This document shows positions 35,101 through 46,477 of a stretch of DNA of 64,000 nucleotides, piece after piece (positions within the stretch are counted from its first letter, which is position 1; each line of letters begins with the position of its first letter). The stretch lies in assembly GCA_002269645.1 (NCBI GenBank), contig NIVC01000224.1, forward strand, positions 414,185 to 478,184, written 5' to 3'. Below the pieces are notes generated by a model. It made no database searches, was not told the DNA's origin, and saw only the letters and a list, made by a program, of their open reading frames with translations. A program made the position numbers and the translations under genes. The stretch comes from Macrostomum lignano. Taxonomy: Eukaryota.

Positions 35101-38100
35101 AAATACGAGACTTAAACTCAGACATACATTGCCGCCCTCACCCCAGGTTAGCTCTATGGTACAACTACAAAGAGCCAGCCAATGGCAATCTGGATCGCAG
35201 TCTGGTTTTAGCAGCTGTGAAACAGCGCGGCCCGCAGGCAGTGGCCAACATTGAGCCCGTGTTGGACCGAGTTCGATGGCGTAAGTCCGCCAAAGAGTTA
35301 GCTGTCATGCGTCGAGCGGCCCTAATCGGTTCTGAGGCGATGAACTCGGCTATGAGAGCTACTAAGCCGGATATTAATGAGGCTGCCGTGTGGGCCGTGT
35401 TGGACTTTGAATGTCGAAGGCTGGGAGCGGATCGGCTGGCCTATCCGCCTGTGATTGGTGAGTTAGTTTCGGGACATTTATGGCTGCTAAATAGTAGGGA
35501 TAGATGTAGGGATATTGTAGGTTAGATGTAGGGATATTGTAGGTTAGATGTAGGGATATTGTAGGTTAGATGTAGGGATATTGTAGGTTAGATGTAGGGA
35601 TATTTTAGGTTAGATGTCGGGATTACTGTAGGCTAGATGTAGGGATTACTGTAGGGTAGATGTAGGGATTACTGTAGGTTAGATGTAGGGATATTGTAGG
35701 TTAGATGTAGGGATATTGTAGGTTAGATGTAGGGATATTGTAGGTTAGATGTAGGGATATTGTAGGTTAGATGTAGGGATATTGTAGGTTAGATGTAGGG
35801 ATATCGTAGTTTAGATGTATGGATTACTGTAGGGATGGATGTGGAGATTACTGTAGGGTAGATCTAGGGATACTTTAGTGATAGATGTAGGGATACTCAA
35901 GTGATAGATGTAGGGATACTCAAGTGATAGATGTAGGGATACTCAAGTGATGGATGTAGGGATACTCAAGTGATAGATATAGGGATACTCAAGTGATAGA
36001 TGTAGGGATACTCAAGTGATAGATGTAGGGATACTCAGGTGATAGATATAGGGATACTCAAGTGATAGATATAGGGATACTCAAGTGATAGATTTAGGGA
36101 TACTCAAGTGATAGATATAGGGATACTCAAGTGATACATATAGGGATACTCAAGTGATAGATATAGGGATACTCAAGTGATACATATAGGGATACTCTAT
36201 GGATAGATGTAGGGATACTCAAGTGATAGATATAGGGATACTCAAGTGATAGATATAGGGATACTCAAGTGATAGATGTAGGGATACTCAAGTGATAGAT
36301 GTAGAGATACTCTTGGGATAGATGTAGAGATACTCTTGGGATAGATGTAGGGATACGCAAGTGATAGATTTAGGGATACTCAAGTGATAGATGTAGGGAT
36401 ACTCAAGTGATAGATGTAGAGATACGCAAGTGATAGATATAGGGATACTCAAGTGATAGATGTAGGGATACCCTTGGGATAGATGTAGAGATACGCAAGT
36501 GATAGATATAGGGATACTCAAGTGATAGATGTAGGGATACTCTTGGGATAGATGTAGAGATACTCTTGGGATAGATGTAGGGATACGCAAGTGATAGATT
36601 TAGGGATACTCTAGGGATAGATGTAGGGATACTGTAGGGATAGATATGGAGACAGGATTAACAGATGCAATGAGTCATACTTGACATTTACTAATGCATC
36701 ACATAGAAGTGATTTTATTCCGTATGGCTATGCAAAAAATTCAAAAGTTCTCTCTGTCTCCGTCTCTCTCATCCCCAATCAACTTTTCGATGCATCTGCT
36801 CTCAGAAGGTCGGGAGTCCATCAGAGCTCAAAGCAAAGCCGAATCCGATTTTAAATCAAATAAATTCTGCATCTGGGAAAAAACCTAATCTATTCATTGA
36901 AGCCCAGCTTCACAGAGAGCGGTCGTGATAAACTTTTTTCTAATTCTCACGCCCAGTTGTACCTTGATTATTGCTCATTACTCTCGCTTTACCCTTCTTG
37001 GTACTATAGCACTGCTGGGTCTACTCTGTCTGCATCTCTGTCTACTCTGTCTGTATCTCTGTTTACTCTGTCTGCATCTTTGTCTACTCTCTGTCTGCAT
37101 CTCTGTCTACTCTCTGTCTGCATCTCTGTCTACTCTCTGTCTGCATCTCTTGTCTACTCTCTGTCTGCATCTCTGTCTACTCTGTCTGCATCTTTGTCTA
37201 CTCTGTCTGCATCTCTGTCTACTCTCTGTCTACTCTCTGTCTGCATCTCTGTCTACTCTCTGTCTGCATCTCTTGTCTACTCTCTGTCTGCATCTCTGTC
37301 TACCCTGTCTGCATCTTTGTCTACTCTCTGTCTGCATCTTTGTCTACTCTCTGTCTGCATCTCTGTCTACTCTGTCTGCATCTTTGTCTACTCTCTGTCT
37401 GCATCTCTGTCTACTCTCTGTCTGCATCTCTGTCTACTCTCTGTCTGCATCTCTTGTCTACTCTCTGTCTGCATCTCTGTCTACTCTGTCTGCATCTTTG
37501 TCTACTCTCTGTCTGCATCTCTGTCTACTCTCTGTCTACTCTCTGTCTGCATCTCTGTCTACTCTCTGTCTGCATCTCTTGTCTACTCTCTGTCTGCATC
37601 TGTCTACTCTGTCTGCATCTTTGTCTACTCTCTGTCTGCATCTTTGTCTACTCTCTGTCTGCATCTCTGTCTACTCTGTCTGCATCTTTGTCTACTCTGT
37701 CTGCATCTTTGTCTACTCTCTGTCTGCATCTTTGTCTACTCTCTGTCTGCATCTCTGTCTACTCTGTCTGCATCTTTGTCTACTCTGTCTGCATCTTTGT
37801 CTACTCTCTGTCTGCATCTCTGTCTACTCTCTGTCTGCATCTCTGTCTACTCTCTGTCTGCATCTCTGTCTACTCTCTGTCTGCATCTCTGTCTGCATCT
37901 GTCTACTCTGTCTGTATCTCTGTTTACTCTGTCTGCATCCCTGTCTACTCTCTGTCTGCATCTCTGTCTGCATCTCTGTCTACTCTCTGTCTGCATCTCT
38001 GTCTTCTCTCTTTCTGCAGCCTCTATCTACTCTGTCTGCATCTCTGTCTACTCTCTGTCTGCATCTCTGTCTGCATATGTCCACCCCATTTCCCTGCCTC

Positions 38101-39597
38101 TCTCTACTCCCCCAGAATCGCCCTCGCTCCACCCTGCCTACTTCTAAAGAGTTTGTTCTCTCAAATAATGATGAAGTCTGGCAGCTCATATTTCTTTTTT
38201 ATAAGGTTTTCAAATCTTGCAATCGTAACTCTACTCGTGTGCATTGTAGTTCTCAGAAACTTCTCAAAAGTCTTGTGAATATCATTTTTTCTCTGCCAGT
38301 CAGAATCAATTTCTCTAAATCCTTTGCAACACGGCATGATAGGAAATCAGTCTTGGCTTGAGTTGAGCAGCTAAAATGGCTTCTTATCTGTCTGTCTGTC
38401 TGCAGTTGCTGCGTGTGCACCTTAAATGCGTAGCTTGGATTTGAAATAATAAAACGACATTTTCTGACCTGAGATATCAAATTTTCTTTCATCTCTCCGT
38501 CTGTCTCTCATGGCTATATGTACTTCTCTCTGTCTACTTCTCTCCTGCCTACTTTTCTCCTCTATGTCTACTTCTCTCCTTTATGTCTACTCCTCTCATT
38601 CATGTGTACTTTCTCTCCTTAATGTCTACTTCTCTCCTCTATGTCTACTTCTCTCCTTTATATCTACTTCTCTCCTCTGTCTACTCTTCTCCTCTCTGTC
38701 TACTTCTCTCCTTTATGTCTACTTTCTCTCCTTTATTTCTAATTTCTTTCCTCTCTGTCTACTTTTTTCTGTCTAATTTCTCTCCTCTCTGTCTACTTCT
38801 CTCCTCTGTCTAATTCTCTCCTACCTACTTTTCTTCTGTCTACTTGGCTTTTATCTGTCTACTTCTCCACTATCTACTTATTTCTCCCTTCTGAACGAGA
38901 GACTATATCCATCTCCTATAATGCTCATTTTTCCACTATTCCCTCGTGCTCTCCAGGCGGCGGCCAGCGCTCCACGGTGATTCACTACATGAAGAACAAC
39001 CGGCCGGTGCAGCCGCCCGACCTCATCCTTGCCGACTCCGGCGCTGATGTCCAAGGCTACGTTAGCGACATCACTCGAACCTGGCCAGCCTCCCCGGACG
39101 GTTTCACGCCTCATCAGCTAGTTGCCTACGAGATTGTCCGTCAGCTACTGATTGACTGTCGGGATCATTGTCGGATCGGAGTGTCGCTTGACGATGTCCA
39201 CCTGTACATGGGCCAGAAACTGCGGGCTCGCCTCATTGAAGCCTCGATGCTCACGGAGGCCGGGGCCAGCCTGAGCTCTCACGCGCTGTGCCACGCCCTC
39301 TGTCCTCATCACGTGTCTCACTATCTCGGCATGGACGTCCACGATACGCCCAGCGTGTCCAGGTCCGAGCCTCTGCAGTGTGGCGTGGTGTTTCCCCTGG
39401 AGCCGGGGCTCTACCTGTCCCCTGACTGTCAGCTGGTGCATCAGGAGTTCCGCGGACTTGGCGGTGTTCGACTTGAAGACGATTTCGCTATTGGAGACAC
39501 TGGCGAGCTGGAACTGCTGACTGGATCGGCTGCGCTGGACCCTGAGACTGTTCAGCGGCTGGCTGGTGACGCTGAGACCTACTCTGCCAGCATCTGA
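29102..39597 (+). CDS. XPNPEP3: Mitochondrial Xaa-Pro aminopeptidase 3 / Icp55 (525 aa; exons 29102-29316, 30708-31118, 35147-35457, 38957-39597)
   Basis: Arg/Ser-rich presequence MLRKFSACRRFLSS; YTMRQNSYFRYLTG; RWRKSAKELAVMR; LAYPPVI; M24B metal motifs DSGADVQGYVSDITRTWP, HHVSHYLGMDVHD, LEPGLY, GVRLEDD; exons join in phase (2,2,1) to 1578 nt. Confidence 0.92.
29490..29960. repeat. About 34-bp CT-rich minisatellite in XPNPEP3 intron 1
   Basis: (CTCTCTCTCACCCTCTCCCTCTTCATGTCCCTAT)n. Confidence 0.9.
30258..30325 (+). mobile_element. tRNA-like SINE head
   Basis: AGCCTAGCGGTCTAGCGC (A-box-like) and GGCTCGATTCCA (B-box-like); no intact cloverleaf. Confidence 0.35.
31160..31785. repeat. About 24-bp AT-rich degenerate minisatellite (GACTTGAGTCTTTGTTTTAGTT..)n
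   Basis: Tandem copies in XPNPEP3 intron 2. Confidence 0.85.
32445..33165. repeat. 22-bp purine-rich minisatellite (AGGGAGACAGGGAGTGAGATGC)n
   Basis: Tandem copies in XPNPEP3 intron 2. Confidence 0.92.
33180..33620 (+). mobile_element. Possible non-autonomous Helitron-like fragment
   Basis: Begins TCTATATACTAAAA followed by GTAG/GTAT microrepeats, a TGCCATGGCA palindrome near the end; no clear CTAG 3' end. Confidence 0.3.
33800..35010. repeat. 22-23-bp purine-rich minisatellite (GGGAGACGGGGAGTAGAGGTGCA)n
   Basis: Array with progressive unit change along its length. Confidence 0.93.
35500..36640. repeat. Compound 22/23-bp minisatellite (GTAGGGATATTGTAGGTTAGAT then GTAGGGATACTCAAGTGATAGAT)
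   Basis: Two related sub-arrays in XPNPEP3 intron 3. Confidence 0.93.
37020..38070. repeat. 21-23-bp CT-rich minisatellite (CTCTGTCTACTCTCTGTCTGCAT)n
   Basis: Tandem copies; a degenerate relative follows at about 38500-38880. Confidence 0.93.
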
Positions 39598-39654
39598 TTA
39601 GGGGTGCCGTTAAGATTTTGTTTGGGGATATTCGTGGCGCTTATCTCCCTCACT

Positions 39655-40185
39655 AATCCCCTTTTTAGATCCCCCCTCTAATCCCCTTCTCAGATCCCTG
39701 TCTAATCCCTTTCTCAGATCCCCGTCTCTAATCCCCTTTCTCAGATCCCTCTCTCTAATCCCCTTTCTCTTATCCCTCTCTCTAATCCCCTTTCTCAGAT
39801 CCCTCTCTCTAATCCCCTGTCTCAGATCCCTGTCTCTATTCCCCTTTCTCTTATCCCTCTCTCTAATCCCCTTTCTCAGATCCCTCTCTCTAATCCCCTG
39901 TCTCAGATCCCTGTCTCTATTCCCCTTTCTCAGATCACTCTCTCTAATCCCCTTTCTCAGATCCCTCTCTCTAATCCCCTTTCTCAGATCCCTCTCTCTA
40001 ATCCCCTTTCTCAGATCCCTCTCTCTAATCCCCTGTCTCAGATCCCTGTCTCTATTCCCCTTTCTCAGATCACTCTCTCTAATCCCCTTTCTCAGATCCC
40101 TCTCTCTAATCCCCTTTCTCAGATCCCTCTCTCTAATCCCCTTTCTCAGATCCCTGTCTCTATTCCCCTTTCTCTTATCCCTCTC
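39655..40185. repeat. 27-bp minisatellite (CTAATCCCCTTTCTCAGATCCCTCTCT)n
   Basis: Tandem copies after the XPNPEP3 stop. Confidence 0.92.
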
Positions 40186-40824
40186 CCTCTCCTTTCATGA
40201 TGCCCTCCCCTGATCCTCTCTCTCCCACTAGTTTTCGACTCCATTTAATTTGAGAACTCCTAGCTCTCTCTGGATTGAGAGGTTTCGCTTGTCACTGTCA
40301 CCTTTGCAGCTTGCTCATTGAGCGGTTACTGGAGCCCAGACAGTTGCAAATCCGATTTTTATAATGTTTGTTTTCAAAGGTGCACATCATCTGCATGCAT
40401 TGAATGAAAATAACTCAGTTTTGTTATTGCCACATGTCAAATATATATATGATGAAGCAGTTATTTATAATCTTTAATTCTGTGAATCATGAGGACCCGC
40501 AGAATTTATGCATTATGTACATTCTGACTTCCAAATAATTTCTCGACTCTACGAGTCCCGACAGTTAAACAACACGGATTTAAAGAGAGATTTGTCGCGA
40601 TGGCAGGAAAAGCTCCTCTTTTATGGTGTTTTTTCACAAGTTTTATTATTCAAAAGTAAATTTGCGTTTTAATTTCTAATAGATATACGAATGATCCTTA
40701 TCTATAGTTTACCTATCTATTAGGTAATTCTTTCTTGGGATGCACATAGTGAGCCGCGTAGAAACCAGGGACTCTGGTTTGTTTCATCATTCCAATCTGT
40801 TTTGTTCCTACAAGCGTGTAAAAG

Positions 40825-41385
40825 CATCTCTGTCTACTCTATCTGCATCTCTGTCTACTCTGTCTGCATCTCTGTCTACTCTATCTGCATCTCTGTCTAC
40901 TCTGTCTGCATCTCTGTCTAATCTCTATCTGCATCTCTGTCTACTCTCTTTCTGCATCCTCTATCTACTCTGTCTGCATCTTTGTCTAATCTCTGTCTAC
41001 ATCTGTCTAATCTCTGCATCTTTGTCTACTCTATTTCTGCATCCTCTATCTACTCTGTCTGCATCTATGTCTACTCTCTGTCTGCATCCCTGTCTAATCT
41101 CTGTCTATTCTGTCTGTATCTCTTTCTACTCTGTCTGCATCACTGTCTAATCTTTATCTGCATATCTGTCTACTCTCTGTCTGCATCCCTGTCTAATCTC
41201 TTTCTACTCTGTCTGCATCTCTGTCTACTCTGTCTGTATCTCTGTCTACTCTGTCTGCATCTCTTTCTACTCTGTGTGCATCTCTGTCTAATCTTTATCT
41301 GCATCTCTGTCTACTCTCTGTCTGCATCTCTTTCTACTCTGTCTGCATCTCTGTCTAATCTTTATCTGCATCTCTGTCTACTCTT
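40825..41385. repeat. About 21-bp CT-rich minisatellite, same family as 37020-38070
   Basis: (CATCTCTGTCTACTCTGTCTG)n. Confidence 0.9.
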
Positions 41386-41508
41386 TTCCCTGCCCCTCTC
41401 CCCTACTTTGTTTGTTAAACACGTATCCCTTGCTTCTCTGCGGCTAAGCTCAATGTGCTTGAACTACACGTCTATAAGAAATAGCAATTCAAAAATGAGC
41501 GGCGTCTT

Positions 41509-42690
41509 TCACACTGCCGTCTCTCTGGCCGCGTCTAGAGCTGCACCGAAGCGGCTTGGCGAACATTCCAACAGAGTGATGGTGTCAAATTCCTTTCTGA
41601 TGGCTTGTACTGAAGCTCGCTTAGGTTCAGACTCTGCCGCTGCTTCAGCTGTTGGTTTTGCCAGTTTAGTTGACTCCTGCGGCGACCATTGACGCTTCCG
41701 CCGGCCGCGACGCCTGTCAGAGTAGGAATAGGCGCTCCTGTCTCCGCCCCGGCGGCACATTCCAGTTGTGCAAGTGAGAACAAAGAAGTTGAACAGCGAG
41801 TCGAGCTCTACCAGGGTGTTGACTATCAGCTCAGATAGGGGTGTCTTGCTGCGCACAAAGCCGCACAGGTCCGTTGGGCCTTCGAGAATGAGGCAGCTGA
41901 CCGACAGAGTGACTATGATGCGAATGGCCTGTCGCTCTCGTCTGCACTGACGCTCGGTGGCGCCGGAGGCTGCTGTGGCCCTGCGCTGGAATCCGGCTCG
42001 ACGAAGGACGCACACAGTGACGCAGGTGGCTGCAAAGATAGACACTATCGGCAGCATGCCCTGATAGGTGTAGAACGTCACCTCGATCGCGTGCAATCGC
42101 CATCCGTCGAGTCTGTTAGCGTCGTGAGCTATCACCATGGCAACGCTGAGCGCCAGGCCGACCCCGCCTGCTCCAATTTCCATAGCGACCACGTTAGACA
42201 GTCTGAACAGAGAGTGGGACCTAGCCGCTAGCGGCCGGAACACAGCTTCCAGACGGGACCAGGAGATGAAGTTCATAGTCCAGTTGCGCATGGTCAGGGA
42301 GAATCTCAGTACGCAGAGCTGCACAACCGAGCCCAGACCGGAAACCGGATCCAGACGGACTCCCTCCACCCCGCTGGCTCTCTGGTGCAGCATCCTGGCG
42401 TAGAATGCCAGCACAGAGCCGTGGAACACCACTTCAAAGGCCGACAGGGCCACTAGGAGTCGGCGTAGCACCGGGTGCACCGAGCCGACGTTCCTGGCGA
42501 AGAAGCCCAACGACCAGGCTGACAGCAGCGCGTTCACGGTGGACAGAGGAATGTAGAAATACGGCTCCAGCTCGTGCATCCTTGAGCAGTTCTGGCTGCA
42601 GTAGTTTATCCCACGGATTTGGCCGCTATCGTTGCTGCTTAAGTCGATATTATTAACCGACAGGTGGATCTCATGCGTGATGGACTCCAT
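41509..42690 (-). CDS. Intronless orphan class A (rhodopsin-like) GPCR, 393 aa
   Basis: Seven hydrophobic segments; TM3 end RNWTMNFISWSRLEAVFRPL, TM5 GMLPIVSIF, ICL3 RERQAIRII, TM6 LILEGP, TM7 DSLFNFFVL; first ATG at 42690 (track ORF starts at an upstream non-ATG codon). Confidence 0.8.
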   Translation of the reverse strand: MESITHEIHLSVNNIDLSSNDSGQIRGINYCSQNCSRMHELEPYFYIPLSTVNALLSAWSLGFFARNVGSVHPVLRRLLVALSAFEVVFHGSVLAFYARMLHQRASGVEGVRLDPVSGLGSVVQLCVLRFSLTMRNWTMNFISWSRLEAVFRPLAARSHSLFRLSNVVAMEIGAGGVGLALSVAMVIAHDANRLDGWRLHAIEVTFYTYQGMLPIVSIFAATCVTVCVLRRAGFQRRATAASGATERQCRRERQAIRIIVTLSVSCLILEGPTDLCGFVRSKTPLSELIVNTLVELDSLFNFFVLTCTTGMCRRGGDRSAYSYSDRRRGRRKRQWSPQESTKLAKPTAEAAAESEPKRASVQAIRKEFDTITLLECSPSRFGAALDAARETAV

Positions 42691-43047
42691 GCTTTTATGT
42701 AAATTACTTGACCTTCGCTCTAGGCTGCGCTTCGGAATGCGTCCCGACAGCTGGCTTGCGGACGGCTTGTTGACTAGACGCTGGATTAAATCTTCGGGTC
42801 CCGAGCCAATGGGAGACGAAGCTATGCTGTGCACTATTGCTTTATCCAATATACGACTGGCAAACTGTCTCTGAGCCAACAATTCCTCACTTGATCGCCT
42901 GAGCCAACTGATTATCTGCGCTACTTAGAACTTAGCTTGAGACTAATTAATAAATGTCTGAAATTTGGAAAGCAAGCACAAGTATCGATTAGTTAGTGAG
43001 GTTCGTTCAACTCAAGTTGTATTTTTTATAAATAAAGACTGGCTGAC

Positions 43048-43063
43048 TGACTCTGTCTGTTAA

Positions 43064-43114
<51 letters not shown>

Positions 43115-43167
43115 TTCTGTCTGTCTGTCTGTCTGTCTGTGTCTGTCTGTCTGTCTGTCTGTCTGTG

Positions 43168-43228
<61 letters not shown>

Positions 43229-43245
43229 TTCTGTCTGTTAGTCTT

Positions 43246-43280
<35 letters not shown>

Positions 43281-43313
43281 TTCTGTCTGTTAGTCTTTCT
43301 GTTTGTCTGTCTT

Positions 43314-43368
<55 letters not shown>

Positions 43369-43369
43369 T

Positions 43370-43400
<31 letters not shown>

Positions 43401-43401
43401 T

Positions 43402-43452
<51 letters not shown>

Positions 43453-43464
43453 TTCTGTCTGTCG

Positions 43465-43535
<71 letters not shown>
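43048..43535. repeat. (TCTG)n microsatellite
   Basis: Long tetranucleotide run. Confidence 0.97.
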
Positions 43536-43536
<1 letters not shown>

Positions 43537-43894
43537 TCGAAGTCTTAAAATAGCAGTCAGTCACCAAAACAGCCTGCTTATAAAAATCCCTTAAAACACT
43601 CAGGCACGCAAATCAGCAGCGTTGGGAATCCGGAAACTTTGTTCGTTCGATAAACCTTGGCTTAATATCTAATTAGTCGTGTTTTCCAGTTGCTAGTACA
43701 GTGGCCTGGGATTCCAAAGTAACTTTTCAGCGGATGAGGACCCGACTCTCTACCATTTTTAGTTGATTTTCAAAGCTAGTTTTTAATTACAGAGATTTCT
43801 TCATAAGTTTTCAAGCAAGGTTTGAGTCGTCAATTTTTGAAATGCAATTAAAAGAACAATTTGCAAAAAAATTTCATTACTCAGGTTTCTCGGA

Positions 43895-44396
43895 TGCTGG
43901 GCCAGCCTCCCAGATCCTCAGTTGCTGGGCCAGCCTCCCAGACCCTCAGTTGCTGGGCCAGCCTTCCAGATCCTCAGTTGCTGGGCCAGCCTCCCAGACC
44001 CTCAGTTTCTGGGCCAGCCTCCCAGATCCTCAGTTGCTGGGCCAGCCTCCCAGACCCTCAGTTGCTGGGCCAGCCTCCCAGACCCTCAGTTGCTGGGCCA
44101 GCCTTCCAGATCCTCAGTTGCTGGGCCAGCCTCCCAGACCCTCAGTTTCTGGGCCAGCCTCCCAGATCCTCAGTTGCTGGGCCAGCCTCCCAGACCCTCA
44201 GTTGCTGGGCCAGCCTTCCAGATCCTCAGTTGCTGGGCCAGCCTCCCAGATTCTCAGTTGCTGGGCCACCAGCCTCCCAGGTCCTCAGTTGCTGGGCCAG
44301 CCTTCCAGATCCTCAGTTGCTGGGCCAGCCTCCCAGATCCTCAGTTGCTGGGCCAGCCTCCCAGGTCCTCAGTTGCTGGGCCAGCCTCCCAGATCC
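43895..44396. repeat. 28-bp minisatellite (GCTGGGCCAGCCTCCCAGATCCTCAGTT)n
   Basis: Tandem copies. Confidence 0.95.
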
Positions 44397-44837
44397 ATAG
44401 TAGTTTTGCTAGTACTCTCTTCATAATTTCAGTAGCTTTTGAAAATCATTTGATAACTAAATGCCGCATATCCATTTAATGATGCCCGTAAAGGGTGGGT
44501 GCTCCGACTTCGTCTTGTCTAAGAGAAAGGAGACCTTTCTAGGCACTAATGAGATCCTTTTTCTTTCGGCAACTTGTAATTTTGAGTTTGACCAGCCAAG
44601 TCGGCATGCATGCCGTCTGCTTTGAAGATCAGCTTTTCCGCTCCGTGCAATTAAAAAATATAGGCATTTGTAAGGCCAACCTTCATTTTTGCGAGGCCAG
44701 GGAAGCTTTTTATTGGATCATGCTAACCTTATCTTAACGTTACACCCAAAATTTAAATCAAGTTTAGGTCTTGACCAATTTCTTGTTTGCATTCACATGA
44801 AATGCGCTATGATTTCCTGGTTGCAATAGAGCCAATA

Positions 44838-45543
44838 GAGGAATGTGCCATGATTACCTTGTTGCACTTGAGGAATGTGTCATGATTATCTGTTGCACTT
44901 GAGGAATGTGCCATGATTATCTGTTGCACTTGAGGAATGTGCCATGATTACCTGGTTGCACTTGAGGAATGTGCCATGATTACCTGTTGCACATGAGGAT
45001 TGTGCCATGATTATCTGTTGCACATGAGGAATGTGCCATGATTACCTGGTTGCACTTGAGGAATGTGCCATGATTACGATTACCTGGTTGCACTTGAGGA
45101 ATGTGCCATGATTACCTGGTTGCACTTGAGAAATGTGCCATGATTACCTGTTGCACTTTGAGGAATGTGCCATGATTACCTGGTTGCACTTGAGGAATGT
45201 GCCATGATTATCTGTTGCACTTGAGGAATGTGCCATGATTATCTGTTGCACATGAGGAATGTGCCATGATTACCTGTTGCACTTTGAGGAATGTGCCATG
45301 ATTATCTGTTGCACATGAGGAATGTGCCACGATTACCTGGTTGCACTTGAGGAATGTGCCATGATTACCTGTTGCGCTTGAGGAATGTGCCATGATTACC
45401 TGTTGCACTTGAGGAATGTGCCATGATTATCTGTTGCACTTGAGGAATGTGCCATGATTACCTGGTTGCACTTGAGGAATGTGCCATGATTACCTGGTTG
45501 CACTTGAGGAATGTGCCATGATTATCTGTTGCACTTGAGGAAT
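44838..45543. repeat. 31-32-bp minisatellite (GAGGAATGTGCCATGATTACCTGTTGCACTT)n
   Basis: Tandem copies. Confidence 0.95.
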
Positions 45544-46378
45544 TGGGAGGCTTGGCAAAAGGCAGGCGTACATGATTTAAGCTACACAATCTAGCACAGA
45601 CTTTTTATACACAATCAGCATTGTCTTCTCCATTTAAAAACCCCATATACTAAAAAAACAAATCTAGCTATGCTATTTTTCCTGCAATAGGGAAAATTTT
45701 CCCTGTCTAATCCGCTCTGCTGCATCAGAATGATCTCCGCTCATTCTACTTAGCTGCTGTCTTCTAAAATAAGCGCTTTTAATGTCTGCCGCTGGCAATT
45801 TCAAACGGCTCTCGACGAGAATGTAGAGAAAATCGTTTGAGTTTTTTTGGAGACGCAGTGTAGAGATCTCCAAATACGGTACAAAGTAAACTACTATAAG
45901 TAGTAACGTAAAAATGCGAAAATGCGAATTTAAAATTTCCGAGTTGTCATACTCTATCTTTGAAAGACCACGAAAACAACGAGTGTTCATCTTTTGCAAC
46001 ATCTAAATTCAGAATCCCAAATATGGTACTCGATGCTCAAATCTATTGTATTCTATTCAATTTTTGAGAGGTCAAATTTCCAAAACGCGAAATCGTCACC
46101 TACTCAAAATAGCCTGATTCTCGCAAAATTTTACTATAAATACAAGCCAAAATCCGAGCTAAAAATCTCAGACTCGGAGCAGCCTCAAAACACCTTGAGT
46201 TTATTGCAGAAGCTAATCGAGGCTACCGATAGGAGCACACAACTCCGATTCCGTTATTTCTAGAAGAAGACGCCCTTTTTGGAGGACCTCGTTATTGTTA
46301 TAGAAAGTTGACTTTGTTATTAGGGCGCATCGTTGATATTGATTTCTACTCTCGAGGAACACTGCGACGTCGATTTGT

Positions 46379-46477
46379 GGTCGGGAGGTTCCGCCTCCCG
46401 GAGCGCGCTCGCGCGCTTCCCATGGCTGCCGCCTTCACGCGGCGGGACCGTCCGGGTTCGCCCGGCCAAGTGCAGCC
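46379..46477 (+). ncRNA. Putative HDV-like self-cleaving ribozyme at the LINE 5' end
   Basis: P2 GGCTGC (46424-29)/GCAGCC (46472-77); P3 GCC/GGC around L3 TTCACGC; P1 3' strand GGGACC; J1/4 GT; P4 CCGGG-TTCG-CCCGG; J4/2 CCAA with candidate catalytic C46466. Confidence 0.7.

Noticed and set aside
33688-38361. 300-480 aa Pro/Ser/Leu/Cys-rich ORFs
   Set aside because: Translations of intronic minisatellites inside XPNPEP3.
27672-45543. CRISPR-like appearance of regular 17-34 bp repeats
   Set aside because: Units are head-to-tail with no unique spacers, context is eukaryotic, no cas genes.
45660-46366. Coding-like sequence around the LINE target site (reads GASLILISTLEEHCDVDLLRSHFRPILEIKK across the empty site)
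   Set aside because: Upstream frames contain several stops and no family was recognisable; may be a decayed element but cannot be supported.
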